Shown piece by piece: positions 15,516-25,184 of a DNA stretch of 44,181 bases; position 1 is the first letter of the stretch; each line of letters begins with the position of its first letter. Source of the stretch: Betaproteobacteria bacterium (GTDB taxonomy: Bacteria > Pseudomonadota > Gammaproteobacteria > Burkholderiales > Usitatibacteraceae). Location: NCBI GenBank assembly GCA_016790625.1, contig JAEUNB010000030.1:1-44181 (forward strand), written 5' to 3'. The notes beneath the pieces are model-generated. The model was given only the letters and a program-made list of their open reading frames with translations. It searched no databases and was not told where the DNA came from. The translations under genes were made by a program, and so were the position numbers.

Positions 15516-17393
15516 TTAACTGCCGATGATGCCGCCGTCGTCCTTGGTGATGACGATGGTGCCCGAGCGCGGCCGTGCGGCGGGGTCTTCCGATGGCCAG
15601 CTGCCAATGCGGCCGTTGGGGCTATCCTCGGCAAATTCGCCGGGGTGCTGGATATTCAGAAACGCGGTTTTGCCATCAGGCGTAAACGAAAGCCCGGTAA
15701 TTTCGCAGCCGCGCGGGCCGGTGAGAAAGCGGCGGATTTCGCCGGTCACGGTATCGGCCGCGAGCAACTGGTTGTTCCCCAGATTGGCATAGACGCCGCG
15801 ACCGGGCGAACTGGTGTCGGTGCCGATCCACAAGGTTCCGTCGGGCGCAAATTGCATGCAATCGGGGCAGGCGAAAGCATCGCCTTTGACATTGCCGCGA
15901 TGCTCATTTTCGGCGTGCATGGGGTCGCCGGCAATGACAAACAGGTCCCATAAAAACGTGGTTGCAGCAGCGTTGCCGCCCGCTTCGCGCCAGCGCACGA
16001 TCTGGCCAAATCGATTGCGCTCGCGCGGATTCGCTGCATCGGCACCGGGTTTGCCCTTCATTCCCCGTTCGCTATTGTTGGTCAGCGATGCGTAGACCTC
16101 GCCCGATGTTGGATGGATCACGATCCATTCCGGGCGATCCATTGGCGTGGCACCCACCTGCGTACCTGCGAGCTTGGCATGAATCACCACGTCGGCCTGG
16201 TCGGCAAAATCATTCGCTTCGGTAAGCCCGTTCTGACCATGCACCAGCGGAATCCAGACCCCGGTACCGTCGGCGTTGAATTTCCCGGCGTAGAGCGTGC
16301 CGTGATCGAGCAGATCGCGATTGGCGGCGCGATTGTTCGGGTTGTATTTGTCGCGCGAGACGAACTTGTAGATGAACTCGAACGCAGTGTCGTCGCCGGT
16401 GTAGATCACGACGCGACCGTCTGGCGCAAGCGTGTAGTACGCGCTCTCATGCGCGCAGCGGCCCAGGGCGGTGCGTTTTACCGGCTTTGACGCGGGATCG
16501 AACGGGTCGATTTCAACCACCCAGCCGAAACGGTGAAATTCGTTGGGATGCTTGTCGGCATTGAATCGCTCTTCGAACTCGAACCAGCGGGCGCCAGACG
16601 TTCTGCGCAGGATGTGCCGCAGCTGTTTCTTGTTTTGCTTGCCGGACGGCATTGCAAACTGGCTGTGGATATTCTCTTCACAAGTGAGATAGGTACCCCA
16701 CGGTGTGAAGCCATTGGCGCAATTGGAATAGGTACCCAGTATTTCCTCGCCGCGCGGATCGGCCTCGGTACGCATCAAGACATTGCCACGCGCCGGGCCG
16801 CCGATCGACATCGGCGTCTGCGCAGTAATCCGCCGGGCGTATTTTGATGGCCGCACCACCTGCCATTCGTTGCCACCGGTCTTCTTAACTTCTATCACGG
16901 ATACGCCGACACCGTTCAGACATTTTTTGACCTTCTCAGCGGTCCACGTTTCCATCGCATCAGGGAACAGCAGCTTCTGGTCCAGATACTCGTGATTCAG
17001 TACCAGCAGGCCGTGGTCCGATGTGTTCGAGCCCAGAGGCAGCGGGAAGAAGTGCATGCCGTCGTGATGCATGCCTGCCTGCAGCGCCTGCTCGTCGGCG
17101 GTGTTGGAGGCATCTGGCTTGTAGGGCGGACCATCCGAAATCGGGTCACCCCACGCATACAGCAGGCGAGACGAATACCCTTGGGGGACTGTCACGGTAT
17201 CCGCGCTGGAGAGCGGTACCGACCGGAAGCCGATGCCGCTTTTGATTGATGCAGTACCTGCGGCAGTTACGCACCCCGTTAACGATGTGCCAATCAATGC
17301 CGACAGCCCTGCCATCGACCCCAACGTAATGAACTCGCGGCGGGACAGCCGCAATTCCGCGAGCTCGTCGAGAGCGGGCTGCGGCATCGACAT
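15516..17393 (-). CDS. phoX: PhoX-family alkaline phosphatase (Tat-exported)
   Basis: 625 aa. Twin-arginine leader (LRLSRREFITLGSMAGLSAL), then PQGYSSRLLYAWGDPI...HHDGMHFFPL...LVLNHEY...GWVVEIDP, typical of the PhoX/DUF839 beta-propeller phosphatases. Confidence 0.85.
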   Translation of the reverse strand: MSMPQPALDELAELRLSRREFITLGSMAGLSALIGTSLTGCVTAAGTASIKSGIGFRSVPLSSADTVTVPQGYSSRLLYAWGDPISDGPPYKPDASNTADEQALQAGMHHDGMHFFPLPLGSNTSDHGLLVLNHEYLDQKLLFPDAMETWTAEKVKKCLNGVGVSVIEVKKTGGNEWQVVRPSKYARRITAQTPMSIGGPARGNVLMRTEADPRGEEILGTYSNCANGFTPWGTYLTCEENIHSQFAMPSGKQNKKQLRHILRRTSGARWFEFEERFNADKHPNEFHRFGWVVEIDPFDPASKPVKRTALGRCAHESAYYTLAPDGRVVIYTGDDTAFEFIYKFVSRDKYNPNNRAANRDLLDHGTLYAGKFNADGTGVWIPLVHGQNGLTEANDFADQADVVIHAKLAGTQVGATPMDRPEWIVIHPTSGEVYASLTNNSERGMKGKPGADAANPRERNRFGQIVRWREAGGNAAATTFLWDLFVIAGDPMHAENEHRGNVKGDAFACPDCMQFAPDGTLWIGTDTSSPGRGVYANLGNNQLLAADTVTGEIRRFLTGPRGCEITGLSFTPDGKTAFLNIQHPGEFAEDSPNGRIGSWPSEDPAARPRSGTIVITKDDGGIIGS

Positions 17394-19642
17394 CAGGGTT
17401 GTCCGAGGAACAGGTAGAAAATCGGGCTGCGTTGTCGAGCGCGGCCGTAGCCGACGTACAGCGGCCCGAACAGCGTATCAAAACCCACAAACAAGCCAAT
17501 CGAATTCCGTGTTTCGCTCTTCATCAGTTGCTCGCGGGTATCGGAAACCTTGCCGTACTCCGTTGAAAGACCCACATACAGATTCTTGCCAAACGGGTTG
17601 TTGAGCTGAGCCAGACGGCGATAGTAGGTGAGGCGCGCCAGAGCAATATTGCCGCCGAACAACTCACCGGGCGCATATCCCGACAGTTGCAGGAAACCGC
17701 CAAGCGAATAGCGGTTGAATTGCGACAAAATGCCGTCGTAAGACTGACCGTAGCGAGCCGCGAATGAAAGCGTATTGTTGCCGATCGAGTAGTTGTCCAG
17801 ATAGTTGACTTCACCGCGGCGATATTCCGACGTCGCCTTCAGCGACTCCAGGCTGGCGTAATAATCGAGTTCGAACTTGCGTCCCTCGCGGGGAAAGTTG
17901 GGGTCATCAACATCGTCATAAACAAACTTGAAGCGTGCGCCGCCTTCCTTGAAACGCCGCTCTGGAAATATGGAAATTCCGACATTCAATTCCGCCGTGT
18001 TGCTGGATTGCATCACCCCAAGCCGCATGATGGCGTTGCGGCTGAAATCGAATCCCAGGTCAAGACTGGTGGCGTTGGTGCTCAACTGAAATTGAGTGTC
18101 GCGGCGTATCCCGGTAAAGAAATCGACCGGGCGCCGCGAGTATTCGACACCCGGGGTAATGCTGAATGCATTGGCGAGCCCCGACGCGCCAAACGGCTGG
18201 AAGAAATATGAAGCGACACGACGATCGCGGCCCAGCTGAAAATCGTTGCGCCACTCGGCCCCGGCGGAATTGAACTGGGTGAGCAGGTAACGCATGAGCA
18301 GATTGAAGCGGCCTTCACCGACGGTATCGGCAGCCAGCGAAATGCCGAAGCGCAGATAGTTGGGGCCCCACTGCTTCTCCTTGGCGTCAATGGCCAGCAC
18401 GTTGAAGCCATCGTCGTTGAGCAGGTTGTAATTTACCCGCTCGTAATAGCCGCTGCCGAATACCCGGCTGACGCCGCGATTCAGTTTTTTGAAGTCGATC
18501 GGGTCACCGGGCTTGATCCCCAGTGTTCGTTTCAACTCGTCGGCGTTGGATCGCTCCAGCCCTGCAACGCGAACGGCGTCAATCCGCTCGCGATCGCCCG
18601 GCGGCTTCGGTGCCTTGGCCAGTTGCGCATTACGCAAGGCATCGTATTCGCTTTGCGGCAGGCTCAGTACGCTGAGTTTGCCCGCCATGCCGCGTGTCGT
18701 CGCGGCACCGATGGTAATGGCGTCGCCCACCAGGCTGAAGTCCGCCGCACCTATCGTGTCCAGCGGCGGCGAGATCAGATGATCGGTGCTCTTCATCGAG
18801 TCCAGCGATGTACGTACGTTCTGCTCAGTGAGAATATTGACCATCTGCAGCGAAACGCCGACCAGCGATTGAATGTCCTGCTTCTTCAACAAGGGGGTAC
18901 CGATGTTGACCACGATGACTACGTCGGCACCCATCTGGCGGACTACGTCGACCGGCAGGTTACGGGTCAGTCCACCATCCAGAAATATGCGATCGCCGAT
19001 TTGATAGGGCGCGATTGCGCCGGGAACCGACATGGAGGCGCGCATCGCATCGGGCAGCAACCCGCGGTCGAATACCACCATCCGTCCGCTTTCGGCATCG
19101 GTGGCCACCGCGCGAAACGGTACCGGTAGGTCATCGAACAACTGGCTGGCCGGTGCATTGCGGGTAATCTGGCTGAATAGCGAATCGAGCTTCTGCCCGG
19201 TTATCGCGCCTGGTGGAAGGCGGACGGTGCCATCCTTGACGCCAAGTTCAAGCCGCAACAGGCGATTCTGGTCATCCTCCTTGCGCTGAAAACTCTTGTC
19301 GCTGCGCGGGGATTCATCGGTCAGCAGGCGATCCCAATCCTGTCCTACCAACCGCTCCTCAAGTTCCCTGGCCGAAGTGCCGGCGGCGTAGGCTGCGCCT
19401 ACCAAGGCACCCATGCTGGAGCCTGCAACGTAATGGATTGGGATGCGCAATTCTTCCAGTACTTTGATGACACCGATGTGCGCCGCGCCGCGCGCGCCTC
19501 CACCGGATAGCACCAGACCTATCTTCGGGCGCGCTGGGATGTTCGTGGAATCATTGGGCGGCGTTTGCGCGCGCGCCGGGGTGGCGAACAACGCAATTGT
19601 GGCAAGCAAAAACGGAAGGGATAAGACCTTGGGGAAAATCAC
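17393..19642 (-). CDS. Patatin-like phospholipase fused to POTRA + Omp85-type beta-barrel (PlpD-like, type Vd autotransporter architecture)
   Basis: 749 aa with a GTG start and signal peptide (IFPKVLSLPFLLATIALFATPARAQ). Patatin motifs: GLVLSGGGARGAAHIGV, GSSMGA nucleophile elbow, DGG. The C-terminal half is rich in alternating beta-strand aromatic residues. The TGA stop shares one nt with the phoX ATG. Confidence 0.8.
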   Translation of the reverse strand: MIFPKVLSLPFLLATIALFATPARAQTPPNDSTNIPARPKIGLVLSGGGARGAAHIGVIKVLEELRIPIHYVAGSSMGALVGAAYAAGTSARELEERLVGQDWDRLLTDESPRSDKSFQRKEDDQNRLLRLELGVKDGTVRLPPGAITGQKLDSLFSQITRNAPASQLFDDLPVPFRAVATDAESGRMVVFDRGLLPDAMRASMSVPGAIAPYQIGDRIFLDGGLTRNLPVDVVRQMGADVVIVVNIGTPLLKKQDIQSLVGVSLQMVNILTEQNVRTSLDSMKSTDHLISPPLDTIGAADFSLVGDAITIGAATTRGMAGKLSVLSLPQSEYDALRNAQLAKAPKPPGDRERIDAVRVAGLERSNADELKRTLGIKPGDPIDFKKLNRGVSRVFGSGYYERVNYNLLNDDGFNVLAIDAKEKQWGPNYLRFGISLAADTVGEGRFNLLMRYLLTQFNSAGAEWRNDFQLGRDRRVASYFFQPFGASGLANAFSITPGVEYSRRPVDFFTGIRRDTQFQLSTNATSLDLGFDFSRNAIMRLGVMQSSNTAELNVGISIFPERRFKEGGARFKFVYDDVDDPNFPREGRKFELDYYASLESLKATSEYRRGEVNYLDNYSIGNNTLSFAARYGQSYDGILSQFNRYSLGGFLQLSGYAPGELFGGNIALARLTYYRRLAQLNNPFGKNLYVGLSTEYGKVSDTREQLMKSETRNSIGLFVGFDTLFGPLYVGYGRARQRSPIFYLFLGQP

Positions 19643-19699
19643 AAGCGTATTGTAACGCGGGAGGTGATGCCTCCCACGTTTGCACCATAGCCGCTTGTC

Positions 19700-22600
19700 C
19701 TAAAGAGCGGCTGGAATTTTGGCAGGCGTTGTTGGCGTAATCCGGAACCAGATCGCGTACAGCGCTGGCAAAAACAGAAGCGTCAACAGGGTGGCGACGA
19801 ACAGTCCGCCCATGATGGCGACGGCCATCGGGCCAAAAAAATCGGATCGGATCAGCGGGATCATGGCCAGAATGGCTGCCAGCGCGGTCAGTGCGATAGG
19901 TCGCAAACGCCGCACCGTTGCGTCGATGATGGCCGTAAACGGCGCATGCCCGGCTTCAATGTCGCGTTCAATCTGGTCGATCAGGATCACGGAATTGCGC
20001 ATGATCATGCCAAATAAGGCGATGGTGCCGAGCATGGCGACGAAGCCAAACGGTTTGTTGAATACCAGCAGCGCAGCGGCTACGCCGATCAGGCCCAGCG
20101 GCGCAGTGAGCACCACGAGAATGACTCGCTGAAAGCTCATCAATTGGATCATCAAGACGGTGAACACCACACCGAGGAACAGTGGCATGCCGGCGTTGAT
20201 CGATGCTTGGCCCTTGGCACTTTCCTCCACCGCGCCGCCAACATCGATACGATACCCAGATGGCAGCTTGGCGCGTATCGGTTCCAGTAGGGCATTGACC
20301 TGTGCCGTGGCGGTGGCAGGTTGCAATCCCGCCTGATAAATGTCGGCGCGAACGGTAATGGTCGGCAGACGATCGCGACGCCAGATGACACCATCTTCGA
20401 ATTCGTAGCGCACCTTGGCAATTTGGGTCAGCGTGACCGCTTTGCCGGTGCGGGTTGGCACGGCCAGGCTTTCAAGCAGGTGCAGTTTTGCGCGCTCGTC
20501 GGCCGGGCCGCGGATCAGGACTTCGATCAACTTGTCGCGTTCGCGGTAGAAGGTTGCCTGCACGCCGTTTAGCGATGTGTTCAGGAAAGCCGCCAGCTCC
20601 TGGGAAGAGACGCCCAGCAAGCGTGCCTTATCCTGATCCACTTCCAGCTTGATCACTTTTGAACGCTCATCCCAGTCGAACTGCACATTGGCCAAGCCGG
20701 AATTGGTACGCATGGCATCGGCCACTTGAGCGGCCACGTCGCGTATCACCGGAATTTCCTCGCCCGACACGCGGAACTGAACGGGGAAGCCCACGGGCGG
20801 ACCGTTCTGCAGTTCCAGGACCCGTGTGCGGATCTCGATAAAGTCTTTCTGAAACAGCGCGATGAGGCGGCTACGCAGTTCGTTGCGCGCCTTTACGCTA
20901 TTGGTGGTGACGACAAATTGCGCAAAGCTCGCGGCCGGTAGCTGCTGGTCCAACGGGAAATAGAAACGCGGGCTGCCGGTACCGACATAGCTCACGTAGT
21001 TGTCGAACAGATCCTTTTGTCCATCAAGATATTTTTCAAGCTTCTTCACCTGAACTTCAGTGGCCTGGAAAGATGAGCCTTCAGGCAGCTTCAGATCCAC
21101 CAGCAGTTCTACCCGGGTTGATGAGGGAAAGAACTGCTGCTGAACGAATTTGAACGCGAAGATGGAAGCAAAAAACAATAGCGCGGTGACGGCGATAACG
21201 GTCTTGCGATGAGTTACACACCATGCGACCGTCGCGCGGAAGCGCTGGTAGAAGGGGGAGTTGTAAACGTCATGCTCGCCGTGTACCGACGGGTCATGTG
21301 TGGCTGAGTCGCTTTGATCGGCGGTGGCGTCGGGCGGAGCAATGCGTATTGCCAGGCGCTGGCCGATCAGCGGAATACGTCCGATCCACGCCGCAATGCG
21401 CCGTGTGCGCGGCGTGATGACGGGTTTGCCATTTTTGTAGTCGGGCAGGAAGTGATAGCCAAGGTAAGGAATGAAGATGACCGCGGCAAACCAGGAAATG
21501 ATCAGGGCGAGCGAGGTCACTTGAAAGATCGAGCGGGTGTATTCACCAGTGCCGGACCGCGCGGTGGCAATGGGCAGGAAACCGGCAACGGTCACCAACG
21601 TGCCGGTGAGCATCGGGAATGCTGTTGACGTGTAGGCAAAGCTTGCGGCGCGAACCCGGTCCCAGCCCTGTTCCATTTTGATGGCCATCATTTCTACGGC
21701 AATGATGGCGTCGTCCACCAGCAAGCCGAGCCCAAGAATCAAAGCGCCTAGCGAAATCTTGTGCAGGCCGACATCCAGCAAATACATGAAAAAGAATGTC
21801 AGCGACAGCACCAGGGGAATCGACAGTGCGACCACCAGACCGGTGCGTACGCCCAGGCTGAAGAAGGTTACTGCCAGCACGATGATGACGGCTTCGGCGA
21901 GCGAGCGTACAAATTCTCGAATGCTCGCACTGACCGCACGAGGCTGATCATTGACACGGTGCAACTCAAGGCCGATGGGCAGTGTTTCTTCCAGTTTGTG
22001 CAGGGTGGAATCCAGATTCTTGCCCAGTTGGACTATGTCACCACCCTGGCGCATCGATACGCCTAGCCCTAACGACTCTTTGCCGAGATAGCGCATTTTA
22101 GTGAAAGGCGGATCCGCAAAGCCGCGTTTGACAGTTGCAATGTCGCCAATCTTGAACACACGGTTGTTGGCGCGGATGGTGAAGTTCTTGATCGCATCGA
22201 CGCTGTCGAAGCTGCCGGTGGCACGAACAAAGATCTTGTCGGTCGCGGTCTCAAAGGCGCCGCCGGGAGCAACCGCATTTTGTGCCTGCATGGCGGCAAT
22301 GATCGAGGCGCCATCCAAGCCAAGCGTGGCGAGCTTGATGTTCGACAGCTCGATGAAAATCTTCTCCTCCTGCTCGCCAATGATGTCGACTTTTGCCACA
22401 TCGGGGATGCGCAGCATTTCCCGGCGTACGCGATCGGCGAACAGTTTTTTGTCTGCGTAGCTGTAACCTTCGCCGGTAATGGCAAAGATGTTGCCGAACG
22501 TATCGCCGAATTCATCGTTGAAGAACGGCCCCAGTACTCCCTGCGGCAATGTCTGGCGAATGTCACCGACCCGCTTGCGCACCTGGTACTGAGTTTCGGG

Positions 22601-22921
22601 GACGGCTGATGCTGGCGCTGCATCATTGATGGCGAAGAAAATCAGCGATTCGCCGGGACGAGAATAGCTACGGACAAAATTGACGTTGGGCACTTCCTGC
22701 AGCTTGCGCTCGAGCCGCTCGGTGACCTGCTGATCGACTTCAGCTGCCGACGCACCCGGCCATATGGTCCGGATGGTCATGAATTTGAACGTGAACGGTG
22801 GGTCTTCAGACTGGCCCAGCCGGCCATAGGCAAAAACGCCCATCAGCCCCATCACCAGAATCATGTAAAGCACCAGCGGCTGGTGCTTCAGGGCCCACTC
22901 TGACAAATTGAAGTTTTTCAT
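19700..22921 (-). CDS. RND efflux transporter permease (AcrB/AcrD/AcrF superfamily)
   Basis: About 1073 aa from the ATG at codon 14 of track ORF (MKNFNLSEWALKHQPLVLYMILVMGLMGVFAYGRLGQSEDPPFTFK). 12-TM RND topology with two large periplasmic loops. The track start at 22960 is TTG. The start coordinate is derived from track arithmetic. Confidence 0.88.
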   Translation of the reverse strand: MKNFNLSEWALKHQPLVLYMILVMGLMGVFAYGRLGQSEDPPFTFKFMTIRTIWPGASAAEVDQQVTERLERKLQEVPNVNFVRSYSRPGESLIFFAINDAAPASAVPETQYQVRKRVGDIRQTLPQGVLGPFFNDEFGDTFGNIFAITGEGYSYADKKLFADRVRREMLRIPDVAKVDIIGEQEEKIFIELSNIKLATLGLDGASIIAAMQAQNAVAPGGAFETATDKIFVRATGSFDSVDAIKNFTIRANNRVFKIGDIATVKRGFADPPFTKMRYLGKESLGLGVSMRQGGDIVQLGKNLDSTLHKLEETLPIGLELHRVNDQPRAVSASIREFVRSLAEAVIIVLAVTFFSLGVRTGLVVALSIPLVLSLTFFFMYLLDVGLHKISLGALILGLGLLVDDAIIAVEMMAIKMEQGWDRVRAASFAYTSTAFPMLTGTLVTVAGFLPIATARSGTGEYTRSIFQVTSLALIISWFAAVIFIPYLGYHFLPDYKNGKPVITPRTRRIAAWIGRIPLIGQRLAIRIAPPDATADQSDSATHDPSVHGEHDVYNSPFYQRFRATVAWCVTHRKTVIAVTALLFFASIFAFKFVQQQFFPSSTRVELLVDLKLPEGSSFQATEVQVKKLEKYLDGQKDLFDNYVSYVGTGSPRFYFPLDQQLPAASFAQFVVTTNSVKARNELRSRLIALFQKDFIEIRTRVLELQNGPPVGFPVQFRVSGEEIPVIRDVAAQVADAMRTNSGLANVQFDWDERSKVIKLEVDQDKARLLGVSSQELAAFLNTSLNGVQATFYRERDKLIEVLIRGPADERAKLHLLESLAVPTRTGKAVTLTQIAKVRYEFEDGVIWRRDRLPTITVRADIYQAGLQPATATAQVNALLEPIRAKLPSGYRIDVGGAVEESAKGQASINAGMPLFLGVVFTVLMIQLMSFQRVILVVLTAPLGLIGVAAALLVFNKPFGFVAMLGTIALFGMIMRNSVILIDQIERDIEAGHAPFTAIIDATVRRLRPIALTALAAILAMIPLIRSDFFGPMAVAIMGGLFVATLLTLLFLPALYAIWFRITPTTPAKIPAAL

Positions 22922-22956
22922 TGGTTTGACGGCTTGTCGTTGCGACGGGCTGGCCG

Positions 22957-24156
22957 TCAATTACCAAAAAAGGACGTATTTACCTTGGCCTGCACCGGCG
23001 GATTGTCTGTCGGGGCGTACGCTACTTTGCCGTCGCCAGTGACTTGCGGGTCCGAAATCGGCTTGACCATTTCTCCCTCACGCAGCTTGTGCACGCCAGC
23101 GGCCACAATGACATCGCCGATTTTCACGCCATCCTTGATCAGAGCCAGGTTTTCCTTGTACTGCACGACGGTCACGGGCTTGAGGCTCACCTTGCCATCT
23201 GCCGCTATCAACCAGACGCCGGTAGTGTTGCCTTTGACGTAGAGAGAGGAGAGCGGCACGGCAAGCACACCCGCATCGTTGGCCCCCAGAAATACCGCGT
23301 AGGCGCTCATGCCGAGTTGCACGATGTCGTCGGCTTTCTGCAAAGTAACGCGCACGGCATAAGTGCGGGTAATCGGATCTGCTGCGGCGCTCACTTCCCG
23401 TACCTTGGCGGCGTAGTACTTGTCAGGTTGGGACCAGGTTGCGACACGCAGTTCTTTCTTTGCCGCGCTATTGGAGCCTGCTGTACGGAATTCAGCAATC
23501 TTGGCTTCCGGCACGCTGATCGAAAGCTCTTTTTCCGCCGGATTGGCGATACGCATGACGGCCTGTCCTTGTGCCACCACCTGTCCCGATTCCGCCATGA
23601 CTTGCGTTACCACGCCATCCTGCTCAGCCGTCAGCACAGCATAGCCGGCCTGGTTGATCGATACACTGGCTTGCGCGCGGGCAGATTCGAGGCGGGCTTT
23701 GGCCGCATTGGCCACATTCAGCTTTTGATCGAGCGCCGACTGGCTCACGAATCCTTTGACGAAGAGATCCTTGAAGCGTTTGTATTCCGCATCGGCGAAG
23801 GTGGCTTCTGTGTCAGCAGCCGTTACGTTTGCTGTCGACGCATCAGCGGCCAGCTTTGAGTCCTGCGGGTCAAGTCTTGCCAGCGGCTGGCCGCGACGAA
23901 CGACACTACCTTGGTCGACCAGACGTGCGACCATTTTCCCGCCAATGCGGAAAGCGTGATCCGCTTCGTGACGCGCACGAATTTCGCCTGGGTACACATC
24001 GGCATCCACGCCGGAATTTGCGCCGATTTTGTAGGACAGCGCGGGTCGTAGGGTTGTGCCGGCCGCTTCGGGCTTCGAGCAGCCCGCAAGGAATGCTGTC
24101 ACCACAAAAATTGGTGTAAGAAGACTAATTAAATATTTGTTTTTAATGATATTCAT
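22957..24156 (-). CDS. RND efflux periplasmic adaptor (membrane fusion protein), lipoprotein
   Basis: The ATG at codon 5 of the track ORF has GGGAG upstream. MNIIKNKYLISLLTPIFVVTAFLAGC carries a lipobox. Typical MFP lipoyl/coiled-coil region (RLDPQDSKLAADASTANVTAADTEATFADAEYKRFKDLF). Confidence 0.85.
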   Translation of the reverse strand: MNIIKNKYLISLLTPIFVVTAFLAGCSKPEAAGTTLRPALSYKIGANSGVDADVYPGEIRARHEADHAFRIGGKMVARLVDQGSVVRRGQPLARLDPQDSKLAADASTANVTAADTEATFADAEYKRFKDLFVKGFVSQSALDQKLNVANAAKARLESARAQASVSINQAGYAVLTAEQDGVVTQVMAESGQVVAQGQAVMRIANPAEKELSISVPEAKIAEFRTAGSNSAAKKELRVATWSQPDKYYAAKVREVSAAADPITRTYAVRVTLQKADDIVQLGMSAYAVFLGANDAGVLAVPLSSLYVKGNTTGVWLIAADGKVSLKPVTVVQYKENLALIKDGVKIGDVIVAAGVHKLREGEMVKPISDPQVTGDGKVAYAPTDNPPVQAKVNTSFFGN

Positions 24157-24239
24157 GACTACTCCCAACTCAGGTTACGACATGAAGCAAGCAGACAAGC
24201 GAATGCACAGAATCACAAAAATATAACTGACTGGTCGGT

Positions 24240-24268
24240 AAGTTACGCTCAATTTTGGGGTGTGTCAA
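24240..24268 (-). promoter_or_regulatory. Candidate sigma70 promoter for the adaptor-RND operon
   Basis: On the minus strand, TTGACA (24268-24263), a 17-nt spacer, then TAACTT (24245-24240), about 85 nt upstream of the adaptor ATG. The -35 element lies inside the 10-bp palindrome GTCAATTGAC (24264-24273). Confidence 0.3.
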
Positions 24269-24388
24269 TTGACTTTTATTGCGCGGATTGCGGGTTGAGA
24301 TGAGCCGTGTGTCGCCGGTTTGGAGCCGCTCCCAAGTGAGATGTATATTGAGGGCTAAATGATCAGCTGATCAGCGGAGAAAAGTGTC

Positions 24389-25168
24389 GTGAACAAATCA
24401 AGACAACAGCCCACGATTGTTGCCACTGCCGGTGAGCGGGCATGCCAAGCGTCCACAGCCGATGAAAGGCGCCGGCGTGCGTTGCAACTTGCACTGGCAT
24501 CCATGATTGGCGTGACGCTGTCACCTTACGCCGCAGCGCTGTCGCTGGCTGATCTGTCGGACAAGGATGCGGGTGCCGGATTGAAAGGTGCGCTCGAGCG
24601 CGGTGCCGAGGTTGCAGTGTCGCTGCTGGGGAAAAAAGACGGATTCTGGGGTGACGAGCGTGTTCGCATCCCTTTGCCGGACTGGATACGCAAGGTCGAA
24701 AAGGCGATCAAAGTGCTGGGCAAGAGCAAGGATATCGAGCAAATGAAGGAGGGCGTCAATCGGGCAGCCGAGCAGGCGGTGCCGCAAGCCAAAGCCTTGT
24801 TGCTGGGTGCGGTCAAGGCAATGACGGTTGAGGACGCAAGGAAAATCCTGCAGGGCGGCGATAACTCAGTGACTGCATTCTTCCAGGACAAGACGCAAGT
24901 GGCGCTGGCGCAGAAATTCCTGCCGGTGGTTATGAGCGTTACCAATCGTATTGGCTTGGCCCAGCAATACAATCAGCTTGCGGCGCAAGTTCAGCAGACC
25001 GGCTTGATTACGTTGTCACCGGATCAGACGAGGGTGGAAAACCACGTCACGAAAAAAGCTCTCGACGGGCTTTATTTCATGATTGGCGAAGAAGAGAAAA
25101 AGATTCGCCAGAATCCTGCTGCGGCCGGCAGTGAAATTCTCAAACGCGTATTTGGCGCGATGAAATAG
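24389..25168 (+). CDS. DUF4197-family exported protein
   Basis: 259 aa with a GTG start preceded by GGAGA and an Arg-rich leader (ERRRRALQLALASMIG). LKGALERGAEVAVSLLGKKDGFWGDERVRIPLP ... HVTKKALDGLYFMIGEEEKKIRQNPAAAGSEILKRVFG matches my memory of DUF4197. Confidence 0.65.
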   Translation: MNKSRQQPTIVATAGERACQASTADERRRRALQLALASMIGVTLSPYAAALSLADLSDKDAGAGLKGALERGAEVAVSLLGKKDGFWGDERVRIPLPDWIRKVEKAIKVLGKSKDIEQMKEGVNRAAEQAVPQAKALLLGAVKAMTVEDARKILQGGDNSVTAFFQDKTQVALAQKFLPVVMSVTNRIGLAQQYNQLAAQVQQTGLITLSPDQTRVENHVTKKALDGLYFMIGEEEKKIRQNPAAAGSEILKRVFGAMK

Positions 25169-25184
25169 TGCTGAGCTACTCGTT

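Noticed and set aside
19643-19699. Pho box upstream of the plpD-like/phoX pair
   Set aside because: The 57-nt gap contains no CTGTCAT-type direct repeats, only a short GGGAGG/CCTCCC hairpin. Pho regulation therefore stays a hypothesis, not a feature.
22860-22970. Apparent 1-nt register disagreement between my manual base counting and the ORF-track coordinates around the RND start / adaptor stop (runs of A near 22860 and 22968)
   Set aside because: Track coordinates are internally consistent: lengths are divisible by three, and they agree with my counts at 22101, 22280, 22609 and 24168. I treat the disagreement as my counting error in homopolymer runs, not as a frameshift or pseudogene. The affected coordinates (22921) come from track arithmetic.
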